From an uncultured Opitutia bacterium (GTDB taxonomy: Bacteria; Verrucomicrobiota; Verrucomicrobiia; Opitutales; CAJWYM01), in assembly GCA_913049555.1 (NCBI GenBank), contig CAJWYM010000004.1, positions 15,509-79,508 on the forward strand: 64,000 bases of DNA, in the 5' to 3' direction. Below the pieces are notes generated by a model, which saw only the letters and a program-made list of their open reading frames with translations, was not told where the DNA came from and ran no database searches. Made by a program: the position numbers and the translations under genes. Below, in pieces: positions 47,429 through 56,442 of the stretch. Position 1 is the first letter of the stretch. The number at the start of each line of letters is the position of its first letter.

Positions 47429-48400
47429 TTAATTCAGTAGAAAGGGATCTTGAGTGGAATCCTCAGGACTGTCCTCAGATACTTCTTCTAGGATGTTTCC
47501 CTCTAAATCGTAAAGAACCTCTTTTTCCAAAAGCATTTCAATACTCGTTCCGTCCTCTTTATTTGTTTTGGAAATCAGAACTTTTTTATCATCAAAGTAG
47601 ACTTCGGTTAGCTTGTATGTAAAATTTTCTTCAAAGTTAAAAACTTTGAAAGTCTTAAAGGGAGATGAACTGGAATCAAAACGATTCAATTGAATAATCT
47701 CATTTACAGCTGGATCGAGTTGAGAAGTGATCGTAATGTTTAAAGTTCCAGTGTACACTTTCTCCTCTCCGATTTGATTGGTGAGGGTAAACTCTTTACC
47801 AGATTCCAAATCGCGAACTCTAAGCCTGGCAACTCGAACCAACCGCAACCCTTTTTCATTTATGATCTCCTCTTTTTTTTCAGTAAAAGAAAGGAACTTT
47901 ATTTTTGCTTCTCGATTCGTTTCACCTATTCTACCAGATACTACATCGGTAGAATCTTCCGTATTAATAATGGAAATCTTTGCCTTCTCCACCGTTCCAG
48001 AAAAGCTGCTATACTGATACCTAAATTTCTCCCTGCTAATATCGGTAAATACAACACCAAAGGGAGGGATTACTTTCGGTGGTGGAGGAAGGACAAGAAC
48101 TCCAGGTTCCTTAGCAATCAATTCCCCATCATCATCAATATAAATTTTGGGAGGTGTAAACACAGAATATTTCCAAAATTCGTCGGGAATGTCCCTTTGC
48201 ATTTTTGGCTCCTTCCACTCCTCAGGATCAGCAATATTTTGATCTACAACCACATTTTCATAATCGTTCATCTGAGCGAAACTAGGCAAATCCAAATCAA
48301 GAGCTTTCAAACCATTGTATTGGGTTAGGGTCAAAAAACCTGTTATGAGCAGAGTTATCAGAACTGCTAATAAAATAAGTTTGTCGTATAATTTTTCCAT
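47429..48400 (-). CDS. Bitopic hypothetical protein of the pilus-like cluster (position of a PilP analogue)
   Basis: N-terminal TM (LILLAVLITLLITGFLTL), a Pro-rich segment (VLVLPPPPKVIPPFG), a beta-rich body and an acidic tail. Confidence 0.7.
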   Translation of the reverse strand: MEKLYDKLILLAVLITLLITGFLTLTQYNGLKALDLDLPSFAQMNDYENVVVDQNIADPEEWKEPKMQRDIPDEFWKYSVFTPPKIYIDDDGELIAKEPGVLVLPPPPKVIPPFGVVFTDISREKFRYQYSSFSGTVEKAKISIINTEDSTDVVSGRIGETNREAKIKFLSFTEKKEEIINEKGLRLVRVARLRVRDLESGKEFTLTNQIGEEKVYTGTLNITITSQLDPAVNEIIQLNRFDSSSSPFKTFKVFNFEENFTYKLTEVYFDDKKVLISKTNKEDGTSIEMLLEKEVLYDLEGNILEEVSEDSPEDSTQDPFLLN

Positions 48401-48412
48401 AACAAATTCTAA

Positions 48413-49471
48413 TTACTCAAACTCACTTTGTTGATCAAGAGTTTCATTGCTACCCAACATTTCTTCAATATCGTAAATATACTCTATATACTCAACCACG
48501 ACTGTAAAAGAAGAAGCATCTTCTTTAATCAGAGGAGGTCGAGTGGGCATGGTGACTTCTTTAACATCCTCTTCGTTTTCTTTTTCCTCTTGTGGGCTTA
48601 CCCCAAATAAAGCGGCGAAAGCACTGCTGGGTTCGGTTGTATCTACTTGTCTTCGAACTTCATTTGACCTGAAAGCTGATTCTTCAATTTCTTTTTTAGA
48701 GGAACTCTTGACTCGGATGTCTTGAACAATCAAAGGATAATAACTGTCATCGGAAACTCGGTTTAAAAACTTCCTAAGAGAGGAAGTGTGACCATAAAAT
48801 GACAATTCAAAGGCCAATGTGTCCACGACTCCTTCTTTTCTTACCGAAAGTAATGGGTTGAGTTTGTACCTATCTTCGGCAGTTGAAGTTCTCTCCTGAC
48901 CATCTTGATCTTGATATTCTAAATATTCTCTTTTGATATTTGTAATTCCATCCGGACCAGATTCAATCAAAGCTTTCGATAAATGTTCTAACAACTGCCT
49001 TTGCTTGTCGATAATGGAAACATAGGGTTTCATCTCCTCAGTAAAGGTGGTTCCTTCAAAATACTGGGCAAAACCAAAGCCAAATTTTTCAGGTATCTTG
49101 ATCTTAAATTGTTCCTTATTTTCATCAGATCTGCAAAGATTCGTCAAAATTTTAATATGGTCTCGAACCGATCCAAGAAATCGATTGTCATCGGTTTCAG
49201 TTAAAATTGGGTTTCGAGCCTCTACGAGTCGAGTCTTTCTATCATAGACTTGAGCTAGATGAGTTATGTTTTTTTCAGAGTCTAATTCTACTTGCTCGGT
49301 AAGAGAGGGTTGACTTTCGAGAAGTTCTCCAAGGGCTCTTTGATATCGGTTGATATTTTTTGTAATTTTATTTTCTTCAGAATGGGCAAGAAAAAGCATC
49401 ACAATCCCCACTAAAAATAGAGCTATTAAAACTCCAATTGATACAAAAAATGTGATATTTTTTTTAACCAT
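48413..49471 (-). CDS. Amuc_1100-like / PilO-like bitopic protein
   Basis: N-terminal TM (ITFFVSIGVLIALFLVGIVMLFL). Blocks FGFGFAQY, LLEHLSKALIESG, LAFELSFYGHTSSLRKFLNRV...PLIVQDIRVKS and FTVVVEYIEYIY parallel the Akkermansia Amuc_1100 sequence as I recall it. ATG at 49471. Confidence 0.6.
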   Translation of the reverse strand: MVKKNITFFVSIGVLIALFLVGIVMLFLAHSEENKITKNINRYQRALGELLESQPSLTEQVELDSEKNITHLAQVYDRKTRLVEARNPILTETDDNRFLGSVRDHIKILTNLCRSDENKEQFKIKIPEKFGFGFAQYFEGTTFTEEMKPYVSIIDKQRQLLEHLSKALIESGPDGITNIKREYLEYQDQDGQERTSTAEDRYKLNPLLSVRKEGVVDTLAFELSFYGHTSSLRKFLNRVSDDSYYPLIVQDIRVKSSSKKEIEESAFRSNEVRRQVDTTEPSSAFAALFGVSPQEEKENEEDVKEVTMPTRPPLIKEDASSFTVVVEYIEYIYDIEEMLGSNETLDQQSEFE

Positions 49472-49521
49472 AACACTCAAACTCTAAAAACAATTAAAAT
49501 ACTCAATAATATTCAATCAAA

Positions 49522-51207
49522 CTAAAGGGGTTTGTCTTGATTCACTTCAAAGGTAATTTCAAAAGGCAAAACTTTTAAACCCTTATTTAAATTTTCAAAT
49601 CCTATTTTAGAACTTTTTTCTTTAACGATAAAATCAGAGGCAATCAAACCGTTTTTAAATTCGATAATGCGATCCCCAAGTATTTTTTGATCCACCGCTT
49701 GAATCACTCCATCTTCATTTTTTTCACTTCGAACCAAGAGTCTGCCTTTAAGATCCAAATAGGAAACCGCTGGATTTCTTGAGTTTCCCTGAGAACGATT
49801 GACCTTCATATCATCCAACCAAACATCTTTGATATCAAAAAGGATCTCCTGAATATTGCTTAAAAATAGAATCCAATTGTATTTAGAATCTACTATCGAA
49901 CCGATCTCATTGATCGCATCTTTATACTTTTCCGCAATAGTTATATTGGTTTCTATCTTGTTGCGGGAGTCTTCAAGGGGTGGAATTTCGTTTTTAATCA
50001 TCCTTGTAAACTTCCTTTTTTGAGAAATTTCTTGATTTTTCAAGAAATAGGAACCAAAAGGCAAGATCGCCAATAAAAGGGCCGAAACAATTAAGATGGG
50101 TTTCTTTTTGTTAAACTCCTGAGTAGCTTGAAATTCGTTGGGCAGTAAATTCACTCCAACGGGACTTTCAACATAATCCCGAGCTACCGATCCTACCACC
50201 TCATTTAAGTTGAATTGATCAATAGACATTGACTCTTCATCAATCCCTGATCCTAATGTGAGTGAGGTTAAAGTCTGGAAGTAATCAATTTCAACCCTTT
50301 GTTTTTCACCAATAAATTCAGACAAACCGCCAACTAAAGATCCTTTGCCAGTTAAGAATATGTGAGTCGGAGACTTGCCCTTTTTTTGTCTTTTATAAGT
50401 AACGATCGATCTCGTTACTTCTTGGTTCAGTCGTTTAAAAAACGTTTCAGAGGCTTGTTGCATGACATGAACAGCTGGATCACTGTCATCGACCTCGAGT
50501 TCCCCAGAAAAATACTGGATTTTGAGATCATCCGCATCCTCAAAGCTCATACCCAAGTTGTCTGAAATATTTTGGGTTAAGGTATTGCCACCAACATTGA
50601 TCGTCCGAACTAAAAATCCGCTTGGATTTATAAAAAGTAAATTCGTAGATCTTGAACCAATGTTAATAATTAAATTTTCAGTATCCGCAGTTTCGTAGCC
50701 AGAAAAATGAAATGCGTTCACGTCTAAAATTGAAGACGCACCCATTGAGACAGGAAATAAACCCAGCGTATTTACCCGAGAACAAAAATCTTTGGCAATG
50801 TCTTTTTTGATGGCAATCAATAAGGCTTCATTGTCAATATCATCTTCGCTGACGATGTGACTGTCCCAAACGACATCTGTTAAAGGATAGGGGATATTTT
50901 GTTGGGCTTCAAACTCAATAATCTGTTGTTGTTTGTGTTCCTCAACCCGTGGAACACGAATAGTTTTTGTCAGCAATAAGAATCCCGGCAAAATAAAGTG
51001 AGTTTTTCCTGAAATTTTGTTGTTTTTAGTCAGGCTTTCTAAGCTTTCAATAACCGAGTCCAACCATTGGTAGTCGTCTGAATGTTCATAAGATAAAGAT
51101 TCAGAAAAAGTTTTATCCAAAACTAAGCGATCCTCTCCAACAGAAAATGTGCTTATGGATACATGGCTAGCACCACAATTAACAACAATCTTTTGTTCTG
51201 CTTTCAT
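49522..51207 (-). CDS. pilM: PilM-like actin-fold ATPase fused to a TM and a PilN-like periplasmic domain
   Basis: IVVNCGASHVSIS, LIINIGSRSTNLLF and INVGGNTLTQNISDNLGMSFEDADDLK are PilM/FtsA-like. A TM at about residue 370 (ILIVSALLLAILPFGSYFL) is followed by a ~170-aa domain. Confidence 0.8.
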   Translation of the reverse strand: MKAEQKIVVNCGASHVSISTFSVGEDRLVLDKTFSESLSYEHSDDYQWLDSVIESLESLTKNNKISGKTHFILPGFLLLTKTIRVPRVEEHKQQQIIEFEAQQNIPYPLTDVVWDSHIVSEDDIDNEALLIAIKKDIAKDFCSRVNTLGLFPVSMGASSILDVNAFHFSGYETADTENLIINIGSRSTNLLFINPSGFLVRTINVGGNTLTQNISDNLGMSFEDADDLKIQYFSGELEVDDSDPAVHVMQQASETFFKRLNQEVTRSIVTYKRQKKGKSPTHIFLTGKGSLVGGLSEFIGEKQRVEIDYFQTLTSLTLGSGIDEESMSIDQFNLNEVVGSVARDYVESPVGVNLLPNEFQATQEFNKKKPILIVSALLLAILPFGSYFLKNQEISQKRKFTRMIKNEIPPLEDSRNKIETNITIAEKYKDAINEIGSIVDSKYNWILFLSNIQEILFDIKDVWLDDMKVNRSQGNSRNPAVSYLDLKGRLLVRSEKNEDGVIQAVDQKILGDRIIEFKNGLIASDFIVKEKSSKIGFENLNKGLKVLPFEITFEVNQDKPL

Positions 51208-51280
51208 GAAATACTTTTATAGAGGCATTGAGGGTTAGAGAAAAGGTATGAATCGAATGATGGACTATTAGAATTTTGGA

Positions 51281-51877
51281 TTATTCCGCATCTTTTCGCT
51301 TAAATTCTGGCTGATTCTCAAGTTTTGCAGTTACAAAATTTGGTGCCAAATAAGACGGAACTAATAAGTCTTCGGTTTCAGAAACCCCTGCATTCGCTTT
51401 GGCAATAAATGAAGTAGCGTTTTTTTGTAATTTTTTGGAAAGATGATCTTTGTGGGGCTCCACTTTTTGACCATCCACCTCTATTTCTACCATCCAAGCG
51501 TAAGGATCTTTTGAAAGTTTGTCTCTTTCGGAAATAGAGCCAGGTAAAGCAAAATAGATATTTTTAGGAGCCGACGTTTTCATAGTAATGATTTCAACTT
51601 CAGATCGGTAAAAGTCATAATGATTATCAGGCAAATTCTCAGATTTTGGTTGATAAGCAAGGGTCAAAATAACCTTAACATTGTCAAGGTAGTCTTCATT
51701 TCGAGCTTTTTCTCCCTTAGGATTCTTTAAAGGGTCAATTTTTACTTCAGCAACAATCCAATTGTCCGTAGAGTAAGCAAATTTGACGCCTTTCACAGAC
51801 ACTAAATCCTCTTTCGCATGGAGAAAAGTAGATAACAAAACAATGAGTATGACAGTAGGTAAATGAGGGAAATTCAT
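51281..51877 (-). CDS. Secreted hypothetical protein, first gene of the pilus-like cluster
   Basis: Signal peptide (PTVILIVLLSTFLHAKE) and a beta-rich 198-aa protein with no recognised motif. Confidence 0.65.
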   Translation of the reverse strand: MNFPHLPTVILIVLLSTFLHAKEDLVSVKGVKFAYSTDNWIVAEVKIDPLKNPKGEKARNEDYLDNVKVILTLAYQPKSENLPDNHYDFYRSEVEIITMKTSAPKNIYFALPGSISERDKLSKDPYAWMVEIEVDGQKVEPHKDHLSKKLQKNATSFIAKANAGVSETEDLLVPSYLAPNFVTAKLENQPEFKRKDAE

Positions 51878-51937
51878 CTAATTTTTTTAGCTATTAATCC
51901 AGATAAAAGCAACAAATTTTTTCAAACTAACCTAAAG

Positions 51938-53617
51938 TTACCTACATTTAGATCGATTTATTGCACTCATTAAAGCCTTGAAACTTGCTAGTTCAATACT
52001 AGAGTCAATACCACATCCGAAAGTAGATTTAGATCCACAATCAATCTCAATATATGCTACAGCATCGGTATCCGAACCTTTTCCAATCGAGTGTTGTCTG
52101 TAATCTATTAGGGAGAAATCCTTCAAACATGCATGATCAAAAGCTTGAACTAAAGCGTTGATGGGACCATTGCCTTTCCCCTCCAGAGATACTTTTTTCC
52201 CTCGATTTAACAACATCCCAGTGAAAATAAATTCATGTTTATTTTCAACCAATCGATTGATATTATAGGACCCCAAGGCTAGAGGTTCTTGAGTTTGTGA
52301 AAACTCTTTAATAAAAATATCATAAATCTCCTTTGAATTGAGTTCTCTTGATTCTTGATCCGCAATTCCATTCACAATGGCTCCCACTTCTGCTCGCAGT
52401 TTTTTGGGTAAATCCAAGCCATATTCTGCATTTAATATGTAAGCAACACCCCCTTTTCCACTCTGGCTATTGATTCGAATAATGGCCTCGTAATCCCTAC
52501 CGATATCACTGGGATCCATCGAAAGATAAGGAACTTCCCATAATTCTTGTTCTGCCATAGGCTTCTTTTTCCTCTGATCTAAACCTTTTTTAATTGCATC
52601 TTGATGAGATCCTGAAAATGCTGTGAAGACAAGATCCCCTGCATATGGATGACGAGGATGCACATGCATGCGAGTGCATCGCTCATAGAGAGCACGAATT
52701 TCCAATAAATTGGAAAATTCTAATTTCGGATCCACACCTTGGGAAAACAGATTAAGAGCAACAGTGACAATGTCTAAATTTCCGGTTCTTTCCCCATTTC
52801 CGAATAGAGTTCCTTCAACTCTATCTGCTCCTGCCAACAATCCTAATTCTGTCGCTGCAGTTCCAGTGCCTCGATCATTGTGCGTATGCAGACTTATGCG
52901 TACCTTGTTTCTTTCTTTAATATTGGAACAAAACCACTCAATTTGATCCGCATGAATGTTGGGAGTAGAAACTTCAACTGTAGCCGGCAAATTTAAGATC
53001 ATTTTATTCTCAAAAGTTGGATTCCAAACATTTACAACTGCTTCGCAAACTTCCAATGCATATTCAACTTCAGTGTCTGAAAAACTTTCGGGCGAATATT
53101 GAAGGATTACTTGCGTATCTGAGTATTCTTTGCAGAGGTTTTTAATCAAACGAACCCCCTCAATTGCAATCTCTTTTATTTCCTCTTTTGTTTTGCCAAA
53201 AGTAATCTTTCTTTGGACGGGCGAAGTACTGTTATACAAATGAACAATGGCTCTCTTACATCCTTCCAGAGCTTGAAAAGATTTTCTTATCAAATGATCT
53301 CGGGACTGGGTCAATACTTGAACCGTCACATCCTCAGGAATCTTATTTTGATCTATCAGGGCTCGCGCAAAAGCAAATTCAGTTTCAGAGGCTGAAGGAA
53401 AACCAATTTCGATTTCTTTGAAACCGATCGCCACCAACTGATCAAACATCTCTAATTTTTCTTGCAAATTCATTGGAATCGCAAGCGCTTGGTTTCCATC
53501 TCTTAAATCAACAGAACACCAATCGGGAGCAGATTTTATAACCTGATTAGGCCAATTTCTCTCCTTCATTGAAATCGGAGGAAATGGTTTGTACTTTTTA
53601 ATAGGATGATTTTGCAT
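51938..53617 (-). CDS. leuA: 2-isopropylmalate synthase (long LeuA type)
   Basis: WCSVDLRDGNQA, LHTHNDRGTGTAATELGLLAGADRVEGTLFGNGERTGN, and a C-terminal regulatory domain. Confidence 0.93.
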   Translation of the reverse strand: MQNHPIKKYKPFPPISMKERNWPNQVIKSAPDWCSVDLRDGNQALAIPMNLQEKLEMFDQLVAIGFKEIEIGFPSASETEFAFARALIDQNKIPEDVTVQVLTQSRDHLIRKSFQALEGCKRAIVHLYNSTSPVQRKITFGKTKEEIKEIAIEGVRLIKNLCKEYSDTQVILQYSPESFSDTEVEYALEVCEAVVNVWNPTFENKMILNLPATVEVSTPNIHADQIEWFCSNIKERNKVRISLHTHNDRGTGTAATELGLLAGADRVEGTLFGNGERTGNLDIVTVALNLFSQGVDPKLEFSNLLEIRALYERCTRMHVHPRHPYAGDLVFTAFSGSHQDAIKKGLDQRKKKPMAEQELWEVPYLSMDPSDIGRDYEAIIRINSQSGKGGVAYILNAEYGLDLPKKLRAEVGAIVNGIADQESRELNSKEIYDIFIKEFSQTQEPLALGSYNINRLVENKHEFIFTGMLLNRGKKVSLEGKGNGPINALVQAFDHACLKDFSLIDYRQHSIGKGSDTDAVAYIEIDCGSKSTFGCGIDSSIELASFKALMSAINRSKCR

Positions 53618-53802
53618 AGAAAGAAATCTTCTCGTTGCTCAAATTAAGATGTTTACCAGTCGATATACGCTTCATATTTCTTATCCACTTGTCAACTACA
53701 CATTTTCTTGTTCTTTCCATTCCAATTAATTATACTTAAGGATGTTTTATTTTTAATAATTATAGTTCCCCATCACTGAAAACAAACAATCACCATCGCA
53801 GA

Positions 53803-54372
53803 ATGTTATTCGAAGATTCCCATCCATCTCATGTTTTGAAAAATAAAAATATTTTGCTGGGATTGACCGGTTCTATCGCTGCCTACAAGTCTGCAGACCT
53901 AGTAAGTAAACTCGTTCAAGCGGGCGCAGATGTTCATGTCATAATGACTGAATCCGCTACAAAATTTATAACTCCTCTTACCCTTAAAACTTTATCCAAA
54001 AATCCTGTTTCTATAGACTTATGGGAGGAAGAAAGTGATTGGCATCCTGGTCATGTTGAGCTGGCTGACAAATGTGATCTTTTTGTGATCGCTCCAGCAA
54101 CCGCTAACACTCTTGCCCAATTCGCCCATGGTAATGCCGAAAGTCTCCTCTCTTCCGTTTATCTCGTAAATCGGTCTACCGTTTTAATTGCACCTGCTAT
54201 GAACGGAAAAATGTGGGACCACCCTGCTACCGTTGCAAACAAAAAAACTCTAATCGAACGCGGCCACCTATTTATTGAACCCGTTGATGGAATGTTAGCT
54301 TGTGGCTATGAAGGTTGTGGAAAATTAGCACCGGTCGATCATATATTTAAGGCAATTTTGACCCAATTTTGA
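53803..54372 (+). CDS. coaC: Stand-alone phosphopantothenoylcysteine decarboxylase flavoprotein (CoaC / HFCD family)
   Basis: LLGLTGSIAAYKSADL, APAMNGKMW (PxMNxxMW) and the substrate clamp LACGYEGCGKLA. It is 189 aa and no CoaB domain follows. Confidence 0.85.
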   Translation: MLFEDSHPSHVLKNKNILLGLTGSIAAYKSADLVSKLVQAGADVHVIMTESATKFITPLTLKTLSKNPVSIDLWEEESDWHPGHVELADKCDLFVIAPATANTLAQFAHGNAESLLSSVYLVNRSTVLIAPAMNGKMWDHPATVANKKTLIERGHLFIEPVDGMLACGYEGCGKLAPVDHIFKAILTQF

Positions 54373-54380
54373 AAAGTTTC

Positions 54381-55541
54381 ATGAGTACTGAAAATGAAAA
54401 CTCTGATCGATCCCAGAGATCGAGAAGGAAAAAACGAACTCACAAGAAAAAACCATTGGCTCGCTGGAATTACTTTTTAAAAAAAGTTTTTTTTATTCTT
54501 ATTGATCTTAGCCCCAGTGAATTGCTGAGGCATTGGAGACGTTACAAAAATAAGAAAAGACAATCTTTAAACCCAAAACCAGACCCATTGAGCAATGATT
54601 ATGAAAAAATCCCTGGTTTTTCCGTAAAAATGCGCAATGAGCGCATCCAAGCAATGACTATTCTCAATCAAAGAAGAGCGAGTATGAGTGAGGATCAGTT
54701 GATCAAAAAAGAGCACAAAGAAAAAAGAATTTTCTCTTCACAAAAGACAAATTCTAAATCTGAAAAAAAGAAAGTTCCGAAACAAAAAGCCCCGTCCGTA
54801 TGGCCCAAAACCATTTTATACACAGTTATTGCATCAATCCTGATGGTCGGAATTGCTTACACATATCATGAAGTTTTAGGAATTAAGTTCGAACCGGAAA
54901 CCGATTTCAAAGTTTACTACAAACAGACTGCTATCAATAATCAAGGGGGTGAAGGAGCTGTCTTAGCTCTGAAACAAATTACAATCAGTGCAAGCTGGGA
55001 AACCAATGACGAAAAATTTACCTTTGTCATGTTTCATGATATTGGCAAAAAAATTTGGTTAAGAAAATCAAACGGCCAAGTAATCAAACATACCAAAGAA
55101 TTAGGCTGGATCAGCTCCAAACAAAAAGGGCAAAACAAAGAGTGGCATCCGATTTCCTCTGATTTACAATTCCTTTTAGATCATTTGTCTATGCCTCTAG
55201 CTCCTCTTTCGCTGATGGAAAGACAAGAAGGAGTGGTTGTATTTGATAATTTCAAAAATACTTTCGATCTTCTCTGCTATCAATTGACTCATACGGATCA
55301 ATCTATTAGCACCCAGTATTATGCTGCTTATAAGCGAGGTTTAACGATTCTTGCTGAAAGAATTATTGGGTCAACCACTTGCCAACTGACATTTGGAAAT
55401 TTCAAAAAATTGAAACCATTTGAATTCCCCTATATTATTCATCAAAAATTTAATGGGGAAAAAAAACTGACCATCCGAATAAAATCGATCCAATTTAAAA
55501 CAGAATGGAAAAAAGAAAAAACAGAATCCAGCGTTTCTTAA
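54381..55541 (+). CDS. Bitopic hypothetical protein with a highly basic N-terminal region
   Basis: Arg/Lys-rich first ~150 aa (RSRRKKRTHKKK, KSEKKKVPKQK), one TM (ILYTVIASILMVGIAYTY), then a ~220-aa beta-rich domain. ATG at 54381. Confidence 0.6.
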   Translation: MSTENENSDRSQRSRRKKRTHKKKPLARWNYFLKKVFFILIDLSPSELLRHWRRYKNKKRQSLNPKPDPLSNDYEKIPGFSVKMRNERIQAMTILNQRRASMSEDQLIKKEHKEKRIFSSQKTNSKSEKKKVPKQKAPSVWPKTILYTVIASILMVGIAYTYHEVLGIKFEPETDFKVYYKQTAINNQGGEGAVLALKQITISASWETNDEKFTFVMFHDIGKKIWLRKSNGQVIKHTKELGWISSKQKGQNKEWHPISSDLQFLLDHLSMPLAPLSLMERQEGVVVFDNFKNTFDLLCYQLTHTDQSISTQYYAAYKRGLTILAERIIGSTTCQLTFGNFKKLKPFEFPYIIHQKFNGEKKLTIRIKSIQFKTEWKKEKTESSVS

Positions 55542-56428
55542 ATCATTTAGAAGCATCTCCAATTTTAAATATAGGGAACCTACCCTACCCAAAATTGGCC
55601 CAAGGAAAGGTGCGGGAAATTTATGACCTCGAAGATCATTTATTAATTGTAGCCTCTGACCGATTGTCAGCCTTTGATGTTATTATGCACCAAGGTATAC
55701 CTGGAAAAGGAGCTCTATTGACTCAATTGAGTCTTTTTTGGTTTGATCAGATAGATACCTTACTACCAAACCACTTGGCAGACGATCATGACGATCAGAT
55801 CGATGAAATTTTAAAAGATTATCCCCATCTTCAATCAAGATCAATGATAGTAAAGAAATTAAAGCCCCTGCCACTTGAAGCAGTTGTTAGAGGTTATTTG
55901 GCAGGAAGTGGTTGGAAAGAATATCAAAAAACTGGAAAATTATTCCAATACGAATTAGGTTCAGATCTCCTTGAAAACAGCGTCCTTTCTAAGCCTCTCT
56001 TTACACCTACTACAAAGGTGAATGAAGGGCACGATATGCCTGTCACAACTGATCAGGCCGCTAAAATTGTTGGTAGGGAAGTGCTCAATCAAATAATGAA
56101 CTGTAGTTTTGATATTTATGAAAAAGGTCAGTCTTTCGCCCAAAAATCCGGTCTCATTCTTGCAGATACTAAATTTGAATTTGGCCAAGATGAAACGGGC
56201 CAAATTTACCTCATAGATGAAATTCTCACCCCAGATTCCTCTCGCTATTGGCCCGCAAATGAATACAAACCAGGCTTCAGTCAAGCGAGTTATGACAAAC
56301 AATATGTTCGAGATTTTCTGGACAATTCAGATTGGGACAAGCAACTACCGGCCCCCACTTTGCCAGATTTCGTAATTTCCGGCACCAGAGAGCGCTATCG
56401 AACCGCTCTTGAAAAACTAATCCAATAG
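55505..56428 (+). CDS. purC: Phosphoribosylaminoimidazole-succinocarboxamide synthase
   Basis: GKVREIYD, ASDRLSAFDV, ADTKFEFG and TPDSSRYW motifs (long PurC form). The ORF overlaps the previous ORF by 37 nt. Confidence 0.9.
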   Translation: MEKRKNRIQRFLNHLEASPILNIGNLPYPKLAQGKVREIYDLEDHLLIVASDRLSAFDVIMHQGIPGKGALLTQLSLFWFDQIDTLLPNHLADDHDDQIDEILKDYPHLQSRSMIVKKLKPLPLEAVVRGYLAGSGWKEYQKTGKLFQYELGSDLLENSVLSKPLFTPTTKVNEGHDMPVTTDQAAKIVGREVLNQIMNCSFDIYEKGQSFAQKSGLILADTKFEFGQDETGQIYLIDEILTPDSSRYWPANEYKPGFSQASYDKQYVRDFLDNSDWDKQLPAPTLPDFVISGTRERYRTALEKLIQ

Positions 56429-56442
56429 TTTTTTTATTAACA

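Noticed and set aside
47774-48328. A 184-aa plus-strand ORF antisense to the pilus-cluster gene 47429..48400. Similar long antisense or alternate-frame ORFs occur at 17484..17912, 12824..13219, 30536..30937, 36914..37276 and 7663..8028.
   Set aside because: Their translations are low-complexity and Phe/Ile/Arg-rich, with no motifs. Each lies fully inside a gene whose own translation carries recognisable domains or a coherent TM/signal architecture. They are treated as shadow ORFs.
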